A stretch of 64,000 nt of DNA. Source: Squalus acanthias (taxonomy: Eukaryota). Positions 62,529-64,000 of the stretch are shown one piece after another. The stretch spans positions 169,572,001-169,636,000 of the forward strand of contig CM059425.1 in the NCBI GenBank assembly GCA_030390025.1, given 5' to 3'. The notes beneath the pieces are model-generated. The model did not search any database. It was not told where the DNA came from and was given only the letters and a program-made list of their open reading frames with translations. The position numbers and the translations under genes are program-made. Within the stretch, counting starts at the first letter, position 1; every line of letters begins with the position of its first letter.

Positions 62529-62798
62529 ATTTAATGCCTTTAATGTAGAAAAAACATCTGACTTCAACAGAGTGGTTGCTGAGAATGTTGACTCGCACAA
62601 CGAGACATGACAGACCCGCCCCTGCTCCCCATCCAGAACGTGGTTGGATTCTGCTAGTCCTTTGCCATGACCTGCCCTGTTGGAGCTGCTCCTTATTAGT
62701 TCAGCTTGCTTTAGTCTGTTGGCCTGCAGCGGCTTTTCCGATTGGTTGAGCTGAACATGATCACTGCTCCCCTCTCCATACAATGTTGTTGGTGCCAT
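62529..62798 (-). CDS. Candidate first coding exon (weak)
   Basis: Kozak-like gcaccATGG, 90 open codons and an in-frame AAT|gtaagt donor. However, the donor lies within what resembles an L2/SINE tail relic (62511-62558). Confidence 0.22.
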
Positions 62799-63689
62799 GG
62801 TGCTGAAGTCTGGTGCTTTCACCCGTGTTAAACACCATTTTAGCAGATAACCAATAAGGGGTGACCAAGGAAGTAAAGCAGACACAACGTTCAAAACACA
62901 TTCGCACACTCTACTTTTTGAGTTACCATTTTACCAACTAATGCACAAAAAGGTTAAAATACACATGCATACACCATGGAAACATGAGTAATGAGATCAC
63001 ATGCCCAACAACAGTGGCTATTACTCAATATTTTTTTACTGATCAAAAATGCAATTAGCCCATTTGGATTCCCAATTAGCTGCATGTACATAACCCATTT
63101 GTATTTGAGCTATTCATGAGTAATTCAGTCCCCCTCACACACAGGAAGAATATAGCAGTCAACACTATAATAGCAAGAATCCTCTTGTTGCCCAACTGTA
63201 ACTGTAGATAGTTAATTAAATAAGCACTTCATTCCTACTAGAACATTTAATTGTCTAATGAAAGAAATGTAATGTTTTTATTATGAAAAAATACTTATCA
63301 ATTTTACCAACTGTTAATGTGTGCTTTCAATTTAGGTTTGCAGTTACAGCAATTAGCATTCAGAAAAATTCCAGTGTAGTGTTGTATGAAATTGGAAATT
63401 TCATGATACAGTTTAATTTTTGCACTTTGATTTATCACTCCAACTAAAAGCCATTGTAGTAACAGATGTTGTCACACCTGCATGACAGGACATTATCAGT
63501 GAAATGTTGTGCTGCACTGCTGCACAGCAATATTAGCAAGTATGTACTCTGAGCTTCTCAATAACATTTATTCTGTACTTTCTGCTCATGGCAAATGCTT
63601 GGTTCTCCCTTTTGATATTCTTCATTGTCCATTATATAAAAAAACAGCTGTAATAGCTTTCCCAATAGCTGACTAAATAAAATGTTCTT

Positions 63690-63800
63690 TTTCAGTCATT
63701 CTTGAGATGTGGGCATCACTGGCAAGGCTGGCATTTTTTGCCCATCCTTAGTACAACTGAATGGCTTACTTCAGAAGGCAATTAAGAGTCAACCTCACAG
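63690..63800 (-). mobile_element. Fragment of the tRNA-headed SINE/LINE family 3' end
   Basis: ttcattcttgagatgtgggcatcactggc...gcaattaagagtcaacc is the reverse complement of the 1930-2050 type sequence. Confidence 0.7.
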
Positions 63801-64000
63801 CTTACTAAATAAAATGTCAAAGAAGAAAACCTGGAGAAACAATGACCCTGAAATTTCTGGGTTGGGGGAAGGTGTATGTCGGCAATTATGCTTTTGTGGG
63901 ATCAAGAATTTCTGACGGGGCTAATTTATGCCAGCGTTCTATTGCAGAAGTGCCCCAGTATAAATTCCATTCAATGTTAGTGCGCGCTGAAGCTCACATC

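Overview
This is repeat-dense vertebrate genomic DNA, most likely from a cartilaginous fish (shark). That assignment is inferred from the repeat repertoire: CR1/HER1-like LINEs, Deu-domain tRNA SINEs, Penelope-like elements and Harbinger transposons. About two thirds of the window is nested mobile DNA. It contains at least eight CR1-type LINE copies or fragments, L2 fragments and a Gypsy/Gmr1 gag relic. It also holds two decayed two-gene PIF/Harbinger transposons (DDE transposase plus an intron-containing Myb/SANT gene, arranged convergently) with many deletion derivatives and MITEs flanked by 3-bp TSDs. Three structures stand out. (1) Penelope-like foldback insertions: a 1.6-kb Neptune-type GIY-YIG element with 515-bp inverted arms, a 12-bp TSD and a minimal hammerhead ribozyme in each arm, plus a perfect 96-bp-arm palindromic mini-element with the same architecture. 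(2) An apparently single-ORF LINE with a tRNA-like 5' head, together with a SINE that is its 5'+3' deletion derivative. (3) A G-quadruplex-prone 48/52-bp minisatellite. A few minus-strand segments look like exons of an unidentified host gene; this is a low-confidence hypothesis. No prokaryotic features, CRISPR arrays or intact host genes could be recognised.
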